From: Octopus vulgaris
Lineage: Eukaryota
DNA length: 64,000 bases
Direction of reading: 5' to 3'
Assembly: GCA_951406725.2 (NCBI GenBank)
Contig: OX597833.1
Span: 50,034,001-50,098,000 of the forward strand
A program made the position numbers and the translations under genes. Of this stretch, positions 13,008 to 23,621 are shown piece after piece. Positions within the stretch are counted from its first letter, which is position 1, and each line of letters begins with the position of its first letter. The notes beneath the pieces are model-generated. The model saw only the letters and a list, made by a program, of their open reading frames with translations. It ran no database searches and was not told the DNA's origin.

Positions 13008-14653
13008 TATGGGACGATCGGACAAGTTGTTTTGAGAAAATTTGGTTTAAATGTTTGGCAACTCAGCACCGTCCATTGGACGGGAGGCGTTTTGCTCGTG
13101 CTTCATGTTGACATACTGATTTCCATTCTTGTAGTAGTACAAACCATCGCATTAACTGATAAAATACTTATGGTAAACTATAAATTTTTGTTATACTACT
13201 GAAGTCTACAAATATTTTGAATACAACATTTGTATAGAGTCAAAACTCTTCGTTTTTCTTTCCCCTTTCTAAATCAAATATTGAATACAAAGTTGAATTC
13301 ACTTTGCCTTTAAAACAAACAACATAAGCTTCATCCTTTCTCTTTTATATCGTCACACGCCATAGACATATTTGAATTATATTTACATTACTATTTATAT
13401 TTTTTGTTTAGCTTTTATTTTAGCGGTTTTTAACGGTCAGAAACATTCGAAACCTGTTACATTTTGTTATTACATATGATGGATTTAATTGGATAACTAG
13501 AGCTGAAAAATTTCAGGCTTATGGGTTATAATAATACGAAGTAACTGGGGGGCGGGTTCAGGGCGATTTCCAGTGTTTACATAGATGCCATCTAGACAGG
13601 AACAGATCTGCTGCAGACTTCGTTGAATAAGAATTCTTCACTGCATTTGCTTAGAGTATGATTAAGAAGACGAAGGCAACGACTGCAATAATGATGCGGA
13701 TGATGATGATAATGATTATGACGACGACGATGATGATGTTTCTTTCAATTTTTGGCAAAAGTTCAGCAGTTGTTAGAGGGAGGGGCAAGTCGGTTTCATT
13801 GCTTCTAGTACTTGACAGGTACTTTAATTTATTTTTCGACCCCGAAGTTATGAAAAGGCAAATCGACCTCTGCGACTTTGTTTCAACTATTCAGAGATAG
13901 CTCAGAATGAATATATAGAGTTTATGTGAAGATCACTGTAATAATTTACTGGAATTTTAGAATTTTAGATGCAAAACCTCGAAAACGATTAAGTGAGTTG
14001 GTTGAAGGATTTTACCATACAAATCCCAAAAGAGTAGCACACATCAAATCGGATTAATGTAGTCGTCTACTAGTTGAAACCATATATTGTAATCCAAATA
14101 GCGCCCATTTGATATCAGATAAAAAGTTAAGGGAAAAAGGAAAAGAGAATATCACAGCAACATGAAGTACCAAATCTTCAATTGCCTTATGAACAGTAAG
14201 AAAACATCTGAGAACAAGTCTTGGTCGATGAAATAAGTACGAGTTGAGCACAGGGGTCGATGCTATCGTCTATTCCCCTCCCACGAAATTTAAGGCCTTT
14301 TGCCTATAATAGAAAGGATTATTGTTATTAGCATACACTGCGGAATTAGTAGTATAATTACCAGATTCTCGCAATTATCGGAATTGATATGATCGACTAA
14401 AGTCCTTTAAAAGCGTTACTCCTAAAGGACGCACACCAGAGATTGGAACCAGTAAAAGACTAAAGCAAACGAACAAAGCGTTGCATCAGTTATTTCTTTC
14501 TGCTCCTAATTAATAATACTGCCGCTTCGGAGATTTGGGCGTGGTAGAGCGACAATATTCCCGTGCTAGAGTGCAAGCAGAATTGATAGAATGATGGTAT
14601 TTAGTTATTTTTCTTTAGTTTCCACCCTGTCTTTTAATTTACCGGCGGAAGAA

Positions 14654-15178
14654 AGCAGTGAGCTGGCAGAAACAGTAGCACGCCGGGCGAAATGCTTAGA
14701 GGTATTTCGTCTGCCGTTACGTTCTGAGTTCTAATTCCACCGAGGTCGACTTTGCCTTTCATCCTTTCGGGGTCGATAAATTAAGTACCAGTTACACACT
14801 GGGGTCGATGTAATCGACTTAATACCTATGTCTGTCCTTGTTTGTCCCCTCTGTGTTTAGCCCCTTGTGGGTAATAAAGAAATAGGTATTCAGTTATTTT
14901 TCTTTAGTTTCCACCCTGTCTTTTAATTTACCACAGGAAGAAGGCGGCGAACTGGCACAAACGGTAGCACGCCGGGCGAAATGCTTAGAGGTATTTCGTC
15001 TGCCGTTACGTTCTGAGTTCTAATTCCACCGAGGTCGACTTTGCCTTTCATCCTTTCGGGGTCGATTAAATACGTACCAGTTACGCACTGGGGTCGATAT
15101 AATCGATTTAATTCGTTTGTCATCTCTATGTTTGTCCCCTTGTGGGTAGTAAAGAAATAGGTATTTCGTCTGTCTTTA
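14654..15178 (+). mobile_element. Two tandem SINE family-A copies, each preceded by the same ~58-bp flank
   Basis: ggtatt(t/c)agttatttttctttagtttccaccctgtcttttaatttacc..ggaagaa at 14596-14653 and 14885-14942; A copies at 14654-14884 and 14943-15178. Confidence 0.85.
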
Positions 15179-16499
15179 CTCAACGGTAAGCCTTGTGCCA
15201 GAAGGAAAAAAAAAACATGATCACTTTTGCTATGTATATTAATATTATATTGAGCGAGTGAGTGCGATAGAACAAATACTATTGAATTCAATATACAGAC
15301 TGGTCTTGATTCTCTGCAGGAACCAATTTCGATGGGACAACACTGTTCAATTCGCCATAATTATCTCCCCTTCTACTCTCGCTACAACTGTACCATATAA
15401 GAGCCAATGACAAAGCCGCTTCGTCAGGACTAGAGAACTTTTAATCTGCGGGCAAAATTATGCCAGACGCTGACAAAGTTTTCATAATTAAGAAAAGATA
15501 CGCGAAAATTCAGTTAAAGATTTCAGATCAAAACGTTCATGAGTTGCTTTCAACAATCAATAACATATTAAAACATTTATTTCAACCATAATATTTGTCT
15601 TGTGACATTAACCAAGACTCGAAAGACGAGTGAATTGATGACGTAGTAGCCGTACCCTTAATACAGCCAATTTAACTTAAGCATTTGTCCTACGACCACC
15701 ACATACACACGCTCACACAATCCCCGTTCTGCAATTATTTATTCCTTCTCATTAACTATTTTTAGTGGTTTTATACAGCGTGAATTTAAATGGTGTCTAT
15801 TTCTGTTGTCGGTTTTTGAGTTCAATAATTTTGAATGCCGCTAACATTTACAGTTCATTTAATAATTTTTATTAAGTATTTTAAAATCAATATTGCAAAG
15901 TGCATACAATTAACTCCTTCTCTAATGTCTAAGACTAATCAAAGAGAAGGAATGGCCGGCGAAATATTCTTTGTTCTTCGGAAAAATAAAGCGATAATTA
16001 CTTTTTCATAGAGGTAAATGGAAAATGTCTGCGTCTTCTTTGTAAAGAATCGGTTGCAGATCATAAAAACTACCATCTAGAACGTCACTATTTGAAGAAG
16101 AAGAAGAGATAGAAAAAAAAAATGGTAGAGACACTATGTTTAAAGAAATTGACAATTTTAAGAGAATCTCAGAAAAAAAGAGAAGAAAAGTTATCTTTTT
16201 TTTTTTTTTAAATAAACCATTAAAGAAAAATATTCTCAGCAACGCAAGTGAATTATGGAGTGTTATGTAACGTGTAAAGATCGGGAAATAACACTTCACA
16301 GGCAAGTTTGAAAGGAAAGTTGTTTCTTTTACACGAATTTCACCTCCAGAAAAAAGTCAAATCGTTTGAAAAGTGGTGTCTTTATTCAATAGTTGCCAAC
16401 GTGAGAACTGACTGTAAATGCGATACAGTTATGATTATACACGGCAAAATGTTTCAATGATACGAGAAGATTAACTTCCTTCGATATTGAATGCTAGAA

Positions 16500-16998
16500 G
16501 GCGGCGAGTTGGCAGAATCGTTCGCAGGCCGGGTAAAATGCTTGGCGGTATTTTATCCGTCTTTACGTTCTAAGTTCCAATTTCGCTGAGGTTGACTTTA
16601 CCTTTCATCGTTTCTGGGTCGATAAAATAAGTACCAGTTGATCACTGGGAGTCGATGTAATCGATTTAGTCCCTCCACCGCAATTCCTGGCATTGTGCTA
16701 AAATTTGAAACCAGTATTTTTTTCTACTCTAAGCACAAGGCCCGAAATTTAGCGGACGGGGCCTAGTCGATTAGATCGACACCAGTACACTGCTGGTACT
16801 TAATTTATCGACTCCGAAAGGATGAAATGCAAAGTCGACATCAGCGGAATTTGAGCTCAAAACGTAAAGACAGACGAAATACCTATTTCTTTACTACACA
16901 CAAGGGGCTAAACACAGAGAGGGGAACAAACAAGGACAGACAAACGGCTGACGAAATACCGCTAAGCATTTCTGCGCGTGCCAGCGTTTCTGCCAGCT
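16500..16998. mobile_element. Tail-to-tail pair of family-A SINEs (plus 16500-16712, minus ~16720-16998)
   Basis: Sequence match to family A; aatttgaaacca repeated on both sides of the minus copy. Confidence 0.75.
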
Positions 16999-17023
16999 TT
17001 AATTTGAAACCATTACTATTTTA

Positions 17024-17232
17024 ACTCTTTACTCTTTTACTTGTTTCAGTCATTTGACTGTGGCCACGCTGGAGCACCGCCTTTAGTCGAGCAAATCGAA
17101 CCCAGGATTTATTCTTTGTAAGCCTAGTACTTATTCTATCGGTCTTTTTTGCCGAACCGCTAAGTTACGGGGACGTAAACACACCAGCATCGGTTGTCAA
17201 GCGATGTTGGGAGGACAAATACAGATACAGAA

Positions 17233-17287
<55 letters not shown>

Positions 17288-17466
17288 AATATGTACATAT
17301 ATACGACGGGCTTCTTTCCGTTTCCGTCTACCAAATCCACTCACGAGGCTTTGGTCGGTCCGAGGCTATAGTAGAAGACATTTGCCCAAGGTGCCACGCA
17401 GTGGGACTGAACCCGGAACCATGTGCTTGGTAAGCAACCTACCTACCACACAGCCACTTCTACGCC
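17024..17466 (-). mobile_element. SINE family B, full length
   Basis: Match to family B consensus. Confidence 0.9.
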
Positions 17467-17673
17467 CGTTATTGAATATTGGAGGGGAAATTACTTATTT
17501 TGGGGTTAAAATCAAAATAAAATGAATTCGTGTTACCAACTGAAAAGCTTGGCATCTTAATTGTGGACGGTCTTTCACCTAGGGTAAAATCTTTTAAAAA
17601 ATGAGAGTTAGGGTTATATATACTGATCTACTGTACGACGGTGAGGTTTTTGTAACTAAATAATAAGCGTATA

Positions 17674-18055
17674 GTGGAGGCGCAATGGCCCAGTGGTTAG
17701 GGCAGCGGACTCGCGGTCGGAGGATCGCGGTTTCGATTCCCAGACCGGGCATTGTGAGTGTTTATTGAGCGAAAACACCTAAAGCTCCACGAGGCTCCGG
17801 CAGGGGATGGTGGTGAACCCTGCTGTACTCTTTCACCACAACTTTCTCTCGCTCTTTCTTCCTGTTTCTGTTGTACCTGTATTTCAAAGGGCCAGCCTTG
17901 TCACACTCTGTGTCACGCTGAATCTCCTCGCGAACTACGTTAAGGGTACACGTGTCTGTGCAGTGCTCAGCCACTTACACGTTAATATCACGAGCAAGCT
18001 GTTCCGTTGATCGTATCAGCTGGGACCCTCATCGTCGAAACCAACGGAGTGCTCC
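17674..18055 (+). mobile_element. tRNA-derived SINE, family C, full length with 12-bp TSD
   Basis: Head GTGGAGGCGCAATGGCCCAGTGGTTAGGGCAGCGGACTCGCGG..TTCGATTCCC; TSD taataagcgtat at 17661-17672 and 18056-18067. Confidence 0.9.
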
Positions 18056-18208
18056 TAATAAGCGTATGCTCAAGTGTTTGTACAAGCAGAAAAATGAAGC
18101 AAATCTCTTTAAAGGATATTAAAGTCACAGACATTAAGAAAATAGAGGAGTAAATATGTTTATTTGATTTCGGATGTCCGATCGATATCAATAGCCACAT
18201 AAAATAAT

Positions 18209-18612
18209 CTCTTTACTCTTTTACTTGTTTCAGTCATTTGACTGCGGCCATGCTGGAGCACCGCCTTTAATCGAGGAACTCGACCCCGGGACTTATTCTT
18301 TGTAAGCCCAGTACTTATTCTTTCGGTCTCTTTTTGCCGAACCGCTAAGTAACGGGGACATAAACACACCAGCATCGGTTGTCAAGCAATGCTGGGGGAC
18401 AAACACAGACACATAAACACACACACGCATATATATATATACATATATACGACGGGCTTCTTTCAGTTTCCGTCTACCAAATCCACTCACAAGGCTTTGG
18501 TCGGCCCGAGGCTATAGTAGAAGACATTTGCCCAAGGTGCTACGCAGTGGGACTGAACTCGGAACCATGTGGTTGATTGACAATCTACTTACCACACAGC
18601 CACTCCTGCGCC
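18209..18612 (-). mobile_element. SINE family B, full length
   Basis: Match to family B consensus. Confidence 0.9.
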
Positions 18613-18882
18613 TAATCTACTTTTAGAATTTTAAAAACTGAATCACTTATTGCTCCGCTTCTTCCTAATAGAGATTTCAAATTTTGGCACAAAGCAAGCA
18701 AGCAAGTACGGGGAAAGGGATTAGTCGAGTACATCAGCTGGTACTTATTTTATCGACCCTGAAAAGGTAAAAATCAAACGTGGCAGAATTTGAACTCAGA
18801 ACGTAAAGACGGATAAAATACTGCTGAGCGTGCCAACGATTCTGCCATCTCGTTGCCTTCCATCTCACTAATATGGATGGAA

Positions 18883-19262
18883 GCACTCCGTCGATTACGA
18901 CGACGAGGGTTCCGGTTGATCCGAATCAACGGAACAGCCTGCTCGTGAAATTAACGTACAAGTGGCTGAGCACTCCACAGACACGTGTACCCTTAACGTA
19001 GTTCTCGGGGATATTCAGCGTGACACAGAGAGTGACAAGGCCGGCCCTTTGAAATACAGGTACAACAGAAACAGGAAGTAAGAGTGAGAGAAAGTTGTGG
19101 TGAAAGAGTACAGCAGGGATCACCACCATCCCCTGCCGGAGCCTCGTGGAGCTTTAGGTGTTTTCGCTCAATAAACACTCACAACGCCCGGTCTGGGAAT
19201 CGAAACCGCGATCCTATGACCGCGAGTCCGCTGCCCTAACCACTGGGCCATTGCGCCTCCAC
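18883..19262 (-). mobile_element. SINE family C, full length
   Basis: Reverse complement of 17674-18055 with few differences. Confidence 0.9.
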
Positions 19263-19408
19263 TAATGTTGCATTAGCTTGTAAAGCAACTGAAAAACCAC
19301 AACAAGGTATCTTTCCCAAACAAAATCTAGAATCAATGGTGGAATTCCCTTTTTTGTATTTGGTTTGCAAGATTCTTTATATGAGTTCTCGTGTTGAAGC
19401 ATATTCTG

Positions 19409-19574
19409 TTGTATCTGGGGAGAGTCATTTTCTTTTTGTGCCTTATAATTTAACACAGTCACCGGTAAAATGTTTAGGAAAATAAAAATAAGAAATAAGT
19501 GGAAATTGTACCGGTGAGTGTGTTAAGTTAAATTATAAGGCACAAAAAGAAAATGACTCTCCCCAGACACAATA

Positions 19575-19646
<72 letters not shown>

Positions 19647-19724
19647 AGGAAATAAGTGGAAATTTTACCGGTGAGTGTGTTAAATTATAAGGCGCAAAAA
19701 TAAAGTGACTCTCCCCAGACACAA
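19409..19724. repeat. One inverted plus two direct copies of a ~65-80-bp unit around a (TA)n tract
   Basis: gaaataagtggaaatt..accggtgagtgtgtt..aaattataaggc..aaaaa..tgactctccccagacacaa at 19492-19572 and 19649-19724; reverse complement at 19409-19471. Confidence 0.85.
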
Positions 19725-20222
19725 CACAATGGTGGAATATATATTCTATATATATTTCAACATTTTAAATCAATTACAAAGATTTCTTTGAGTTTTGCAA
19801 AATTATGATCGGAGAACTCTGAATATACGAAATTAAAGGTCAAAGTACATGGAACCTTGCATCTCAAGATAATTTATCTAAAATATGATAAATACATTTA
19901 TATCTTAAAGTAGTGGTTTTCTATTGAGTAATGCTATAATATTATTGATCTTATTGAGAAATATTGACTTTTGAGAAATCTTGGATCGATAATTGCATCA
20001 TATTTTCTTTCCCTCAGCAATGTGAACAGTTTTGTTCAACGTTAAATCTAGTCAAAAACTATTTTGTGTTAGACATACTGATAATAAAGCTTGCAAAACA
20101 AATATAAATTGATGTATCATCAATACGATCTCACATAAGCGAGCTTTAGAAATGAAAATAGAAAGCAGTTTCTTCGTAAGAAGGATTCTAAAATGTTTTG
20201 ATGTGTAATATTTTAAATTCCA

Positions 20223-20436
20223 AAAGCGGCGAGCCGGCAGAAACGTTAGCACGCCGGGCGAAATGCTCAGCGGTATTTCGTCTGCCGTTACGTTCTGAGT
20301 TCAAATTCCGCCAAGGTTGACTTTGCCTTACATCCATTCGGAGTCGATAAATTAAGTACCAGTTACGTACTGAGGCCGAGCTAATCGACTGGCCTCCTTC
20401 CGCCAAAATTTCGGACCTTGTGCCTAGATTAGAAAA
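20223..20436 (+). mobile_element. SINE family A (alternative short tail) with 17-bp TSD
   Basis: TSD taatattttaaattcca at 20206-20222 and 20437-20453. Confidence 0.9.
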
Positions 20437-20719
20437 TAATATTTTAAATTCCATGAATTTAAAATATCAAAGTGCAGTCAACATTCAGGGTCGTAATTGC
20501 TGTTTCTGTATTTGCAATAATTGATACCTTGGACTGAACTGGATTGTCCATGTGCAGTCCACTGCAGGACGAAGGGCTCACGCCTTAGCATATTCTCTCT
20601 ACCAGACACTGGCTTGAGATCAAACTGGTTTCATAAGCCTACTTTCAGACACTGGTTCAACATACTTTGGGAAAAGTATGTAACAGTTTTAAAAAAATTT
20701 CAATATTCTGACCCAGGAG

Positions 20720-21109
20720 TAATTAGGTCGATTATATCGACCCCAGTGCTCAACCGGTACTTATTTTATAGATGCCGAAAGGATGATAAAACAAAGGCGA
20801 CCTTGTTGGAGTTTGCACTCAGAACATAAAGGCAGACAAAGTACCATTAAACATTTCACTCGGCATGCTAAAAATTCTTATTTCTTTACTGCCCACAAGG
20901 GGCTAAACACAGAGGGGACAAACAAGGACAGACAAACGGATTAAGTCGATTACATCGACCCCAATGCGTAACTGGAACTTATTTAATCGACCCCGAAAGG
21001 ATGAAAGGCAAAGTCGACCTCAACTGAATTTGAACTCAGAACGTAGCGGCAGACAAAGTACCATTAAACATTTCACTTGCCATGCTAACAATTCTGCTAG
21101 CTCGCCGCC
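20720..21109 (-). mobile_element. SINE family A dimer
   Basis: Two A bodies sharing the private variant agacaaagtaccattaaacatttcact. Confidence 0.75.
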
Positions 21110-22200
21110 TTTTAATACCTTATAATTATCTTATAATATTTTAATTACTTTTGTTTGCTGACAAACTTTTCACAACTATAGAAAAGTTCTAGAAAAGTTT
21201 CAATATTTCTAGCAGCAGAAATGCACTGCCGTCTACTTACATAATGCTAAAATAATTCCACAATCAATGCACTTCGAAAGTTCGGTCTTTTAAATTACCA
21301 TCGAAATACTTTACAAATCCCACTCTAATCTCTTTTGTGTAATGTAAGCTGAATTAAACTCTCCGAAAAGACGGAATGGACATTGTTGCAACGTCTTTAA
21401 TCATGGCTCTGTAATAACTCAGAGAATAATAAGTCAGATCAATACTGACTTGGAACTAAACAATAATTCTGTCTTCTGCTATTTTACCACGACTTAACAC
21501 TAGAGTCTCTGTGTGGTCATTTCATTAGCTACAATTGGTGAAACACAAAATAATTGAAGAGAGCTCTAGTATTTGATCGCAAAATCTACAACGCACACGC
21601 ACACACTATTTGTCTCAGTTCTCATCACTGCTTTAGCTATCACTGCTAAGTTGAACCACATCATTCTCTCTCACTCTCTCTCTCTCTCTCTCTCTCTGTT
21701 TCTGTCTCTCTCGCTCTCTCACACAGAAGCACACACACAAGTGAAATGGATTAATTAGATTGACATCTAAAAATTACTGGATCTGAGTATAATCGAACAT
21801 GTATGGTGCATTTGGGAACAAGTGTGAAATCGCTTATGTTCACCACACAACGTCTAAAGAATGGAGGCATTTTCCGATGACGAAAGAACAACAGCAATCA
21901 GATATACAAATTCAAATCTGGACAACGGAATCAAGTAAGAATAAATTAGTACATTGTTATTCCTTGCCAAGCATTCATCTTTGTTCAATATCAACTCCAA
22001 CAAAATAACCGATCTGAAGACAGATATGTGGAATACACTCGTTGTTGTCTAACCCTATGACAATACTGCTTGATCTGACCTACGATCAAAGGAATACTTG
22101 ATAAGAACGAGTTCTTTTTCTTTGGTAATATTTAGTATTACAAAATATGTGTATATGTATCCTTGTAATTATGCGTGTGTGGTTTGCATTTGGGAATTAT

Positions 22201-22247
<47 letters not shown>

Positions 22248-22310
22248 AATACATACACACACATATATGAATACATACGTACATATGTATATATATGTGT
22301 GTGTGTGTGT

Positions 22311-22591
22311 GTGGAGGCGCAATGGCCCAGTGGTTAGGGCAGAGGACTCGCGGTTTCGATTCCCAGACGAGGCGTTGTGAGTGTTTATTGAGCGAAAACA
22401 CCTAACGCTCCACGAGGTTCCAGCAAGGGGTGGTGGCGATTCCTGGTGTATTTTTTCGCCACAACATTCACTCCTTCTTCTGTTGGCCTGCTCGCTTAGC
22501 CCCCGAGGTGGCGTGATTTCAAGGCTAAAACAATGCGAAGCGCATTGTGACCAGCGATGTGTAGCAACATCTGATAGCCTGGTCGGTCACG

Positions 22592-22595
<4 letters not shown>
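22311..22595 (+). mobile_element. SINE: family-C head with a third type of 3' tail
   Basis: C head, then ..GGCTAAAACAATGCGAAGCGCATTGTGACCAGCGATGTGTAGCAACATCTGATAGCCTGGTCGGTCACGGTGA followed by (TA)n. Confidence 0.75.
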
Positions 22596-22640
<45 letters not shown>

Positions 22641-22642
<2 letters not shown>

Positions 22643-22754
22643 CGGGAAGCTTTATGAAAATAAACAAAAGACGAAGGCAGGTGGAAAACAAACGAACAAT
22701 TGTATTAGTATGGCGCTCAGGAAATATAAATAAAACAAGTCTTTAACGTTTCGA
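22641..22754 (-). repeat. 3' pLTR terminal repeat of the Penelope-like element
   Basis: Identical to 27161-27274 by inspection. Confidence 0.95.
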
Positions 22755-22777
22755 GCCTACGCTCTTCAACAGAAAGA
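22740..22777 (-). ncRNA. Minimal type-I hammerhead ribozyme in the pLTR (core variant CUGUUGA)
   Basis: Minus strand UCUUU-CUGUUGA-A-GAGC(GUAG)GCUC-GAAA-CG-UU-AAAGA: 5-bp stem I, 4-bp stem II, palindromic ACGU stem III; predicted cleavage between 22745 and 22744. Confidence 0.75.
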
Positions 22778-22959
22778 TACACAGAGAGAGAAAAACACAG
22801 AAAGAAGGAGAGAAAAAAAATGCGTGCAGTAGCTAACGAATCAACATGGCGATCTGATTTCGGCCAGAGGTCAAAGATCAAACATGAGACGCGAGAGCGA
22901 AATAAGGGGAGATAATAGGGTTGATAAAAGGGTTGAGGGACCAGCTAAAAGTGCGTGGG

Positions 22960-23275
22960 AGGGGTCTGGATGTGTGTATGTATAGGGTTGGTGTATGTAT
23001 TAGTATGTATAAGGGTGTGTGTGTGTGTGTGTGTGTGTGTATGAGAGAGTATTAGTGCGTAAGATTGGTCTGGACGTGCGTATGTATGGGGTTGGTGTAT
23101 GTATTAGTATGTATTAGTATGTATTAGTACGTATTGGTATGTATAGGTATGTGTGTGTGTTTGTGTGAGAGAGTATAAGTGCGTATGCGGCGTCTGGACG
23201 TGTGTATGTATAGGGTTGGTGTAAGTATTAGTATGTACTAGTATGTATTAGTACGTATTAGTATGTATTAGTTGG
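22960..23275. repeat. Tandem ~105-125-bp units with (gtattagtat)n inside the element's 3' UTR
   Basis: gtctgga(t/c)gtg..tatgtat.gggttggtgta.gtattagtatgta starts at ~22963, ~23068 and ~23192. Confidence 0.8.
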
Positions 23276-23621
23276 TGTGTGTATTAGTATGGCACATCAT
23301 ATGTGATGTGATGTGTAAAGTCATGTGGTGTAGTGAGGAGAAGAGGGGGAGGGGGAGAAGAGGGGGAGAAGGGGGAGAAGGGGAGGGGAAGAAGAGGGGG
23401 AGGAGAAGGGGGAAGAGGAGAGGATGGGGGAGAAGGAAGGGGAGGAGGGTTATGAAGGAGGAAAGAGGGAGAGGGGGAGAGAGGGAGTGAGGGAGCAGAG
23501 AGAAGGGGAAGAGGGAGGGAGAAAGAGGGAAGAAGGGAAGGGGAGTAGGGGTGAAAGGATGAAGGACTGAAGAAGTAGGGGTCGGGGGGAGAAAGGATAG
23601 GTGGGAGGGGGGAGAGGGGGG

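Noticed and set aside
17674-17750. tRNA genes at SINE heads (also 12292, 55907, 57950)
   Set aside because: A/B boxes are present but there is no complete acceptor stem, and each continues into a repeat body, often with a TSD; these are SINE heads
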